A stretch of DNA of 64,000 nt from Dicyema japonicum (taxonomy: Eukaryota; Animalia; Dicyemida). The stretch is taken from NCBI GenBank assembly GCA_011109175.1, contig RDEW01000032.1, forward strand, positions 403,334-467,333. Reading direction: 5' to 3'. The position numbers and the translations under genes are program-made. How positions within the stretch are numbered: the first letter of the stretch is position 1; each line of letters opens with the position of its first letter. The notes beneath the pieces are model-generated. The model did not search any database and was not told the origin of the DNA. It was given only the letters and a program-made list of their open reading frames with translations. Shown here one piece after another: positions 61,721 through 64,000 of this stretch.

Positions 61721-62369
61721 TCTGATCGTCTGTAAAGGATTCACACGCAACAACAAAAAAGTTGTTAAAGAACAGTTTCTTGCCTTCAACGATCAGTTAA
61801 TCTAACTTTATTGCTTCCATCATAAAAAAGCAGGGATCACTTAATCGGATGTGGTGGATCTTGACTTTACATCGTATTTTATAAATTTTGAGAAAGTTTG
61901 TTCATTTTTTAAGAATAACTTAAGAAAATTCAATTTTCACTAAATTGATTTACTAAAATGTTATCATTTTGTGAAAGTAAATTTCGATATCTTCTAACCT
62001 AGCAACATGTTTCTTATTGCCACAAGCCTTACTTTAATATCAATCATTTTTATTTCACGATTATGTGCATAAAATTTTCCTTATATTTACAAAAAATCAA
62101 TACTGAACACTCTTATACAGCCAATAATAATAACATCAGAGACCACAGTTGCATCAAACTAACTAATCATGTGATCCCAGAACGCCCTATCAGAGATCTC
62201 AACTTGGCCCGATGCTTTTCTTTCGAACCCCACACAAACACGTATCTGCCCGAATGACTGGATCTTTGTAGTCACGAGGCACGCTCAACGGTTCACACAT
62301 CAATTTTATATATCAATTAATTAATTTATTAATATTTTTAATATTTTTTATGAATCGACTTCATCAAAT

Positions 62370-62945
62370 GTGAATGGAGTTGATGTATGTGTCGAACACC
62401 ACTTCCGTTGTGGAGGGATCGTCGATGACAAAGGCTGCATCCGCTTTTGTGCAAAAGGAGTGCGGCAGAGCAACCCCACTACGCTGCTATGAATAACATT
62501 ATCATGTGTGCTTCAACACTGCCGGAAATCCTGCAGTGTTGGAGCCCGTGGGATTGGGACCTCGAAGACGGGAAAGACCGGATGGGCTAACAATCTTTCT
62601 TTCTTTGGAGGAAAATCGCTAGTATGGACTGCTTTGTGTGAATTCTATTCAAACTCGATGACACTCACTTCGGTGCAATCTGCGTGGATCGGCGCAGATC
62701 TTGCTGAGACAATCAAAATTAAAAATATGTGAAATTAGAGATCGCTTTTGTTTGTACCGGTTGGCAATTGAAACGTCTGGTGTCGTGGGAAGCATCACAG
62801 CTTCTTTCATGAAGGAGAAGACGGGAGAAATTGAGTATCGTAGAAAACGTGGGAAGCGATTTGGTCGAGGCAACGAATTGGGATTGCAGTTGTCCGAGGA
62901 AACGCTTCTCCGTAATGTCAGCAGCGCTCTTCCCTGCTATTGTTA
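62370..62945 (+). mobile_element. CRE-clade 3' fragment
   Basis: Knuckle remnant, EPVGLG...GKTGWANNLSF (RPDGLTIF frameshifted), LAIETSGVVG and LGIAVVRGN-like end. Confidence 0.8.
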
Positions 62946-63559
62946 ATAAATTTTTATGATCTTTAGGGAACTGGGGTTCGATTCGACGTCCCCACACAAG
63001 ACAGTCCGTCCTTGTCAGTCCATCCTTGTAGGATAGGGACAGTGTAACTCTTTCTTTAAAATGTCTCCTGTTCAGTGAGTTACGTAACATTAACCAACCA
63101 CCCACGCTCGTCCCGGCGGACCCAGGTCCCAAATTGTCGGTCTGGGATCACTTAGTTATTAACTTTATTCTTTTAACCGGTGATCTGGGACAATAATAAT
63201 AATGTTAATATAATTGAGTTTACTTGTAAAAATCACTGTGTAATAAAAATATTAATTTTTAAACAATAAACACACATTCTTCAATAATTTCTTAAAGCAT
63301 CCTTCGTAAAACATACACGATAAAAAACTAAAAACTGTCTCTTTCTTCTACCTGCATGTATGCAAACCTATCCACGAGAAATGATTTAATGAAGACAGAT
63401 TCTAGCAGTGGATTTTTGCTGAGTAATAATTACCACCCTTGCTATTTTCATCTTGTGATCATCGAGGGACCCAAGTTTACGAGAAAGTGTCTGCGCTTGT
63501 CCTACACAAGGAAGTCTATGGAGAATGGATGTCTGGGAAGATCGTTCTTTTCAAATTCT

Positions 63560-63900
63560 GCCACGGATGAACATGGAGACTTAACAAAAGAAGAGAATTA
63601 GTTCGAGAAATTGAACCGACACACATTTTATTCACTTCATACTGTCGTATGTATAGAAGAACTTGGATTTTTGATAATACCTGTAAAAATTCTGATTCAG
63701 TTAATGAAGTTACGTACGACAGTTTTGCTGATGTGGTCTCGTATTCGAAGCAAGTTTTCATTAAAGGCCTCTATTATATGAACGTTGTGCCTGCACTTGG
63801 TTCGAAAAACCGCCTTAAATTTGAAGACTCTATTGCGACCCTACCAGCAATTTGTAGAGTATGTCGCTGTTGTTTACGAATTAGCGGAATCTGAGACTAT
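63560..63900 (+). mobile_element. LINE RT C-terminal remnant
   Basis: ELGFLI and KTLLRPYQQFVEYVAVVY resemble the LY..LVRP.LEY motif. Confidence 0.4.
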
Positions 63901-64000
63901 GTTCCACAACTCATCTCCTTTTTTTCGAACAACTATTTTTACGCTGTATACACACACTAAATGTCAGATTTTACTTATGCGAAGCTACGACTGTAAATGT

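Overview
AT-rich eukaryotic (probably animal) genomic DNA from an organism with extremely short spliceosomal introns, mostly 21-26 nt. The supplied ORF track therefore fragments or misreads the real genes. The first 5 kb hold two minus-strand host genes that I spliced by hand. One is a ZYG-11/ZER1-like BC-box/LRR/ARM protein (4804-2813, nine 21-25 nt GT-AG introns, 595 aa). The other is the main finding: an apparent 102-bp satellite (about 180-2144) that is really a tandem array of 39 phase-1 introns of 25/26 nt separated by 24/27-nt micro-exons. Spliced, it encodes a Ser/Thr mucin-like repeat (ASTTNLTN-ASTTPSTTA)n with N-glycosylation sequons, not the 497-aa ORF in the track. The remaining ~59 kb is mostly transposon debris: about 11 CRE-clade fragments, RTE-like, jockey-like, CR1/L2-like and R4-like LINEs, a tRNA-derived SINE family, a hAT 3' half and integrase fragments. 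It also contains broken copies of housekeeping genes (RTCB, RUVBL1, and an XMAP215/ch-TOG copy that goes TOG1-TOG2-TOG5). One CRE insertion has a poly(A) tail, a 10-bp TSD and an 81-bp perfect inverted duplication of its own 3' end. One RTE-like LINE (about 56970-59990) is nearly intact. All family assignments come from motif recognition by eye; no searches were run.
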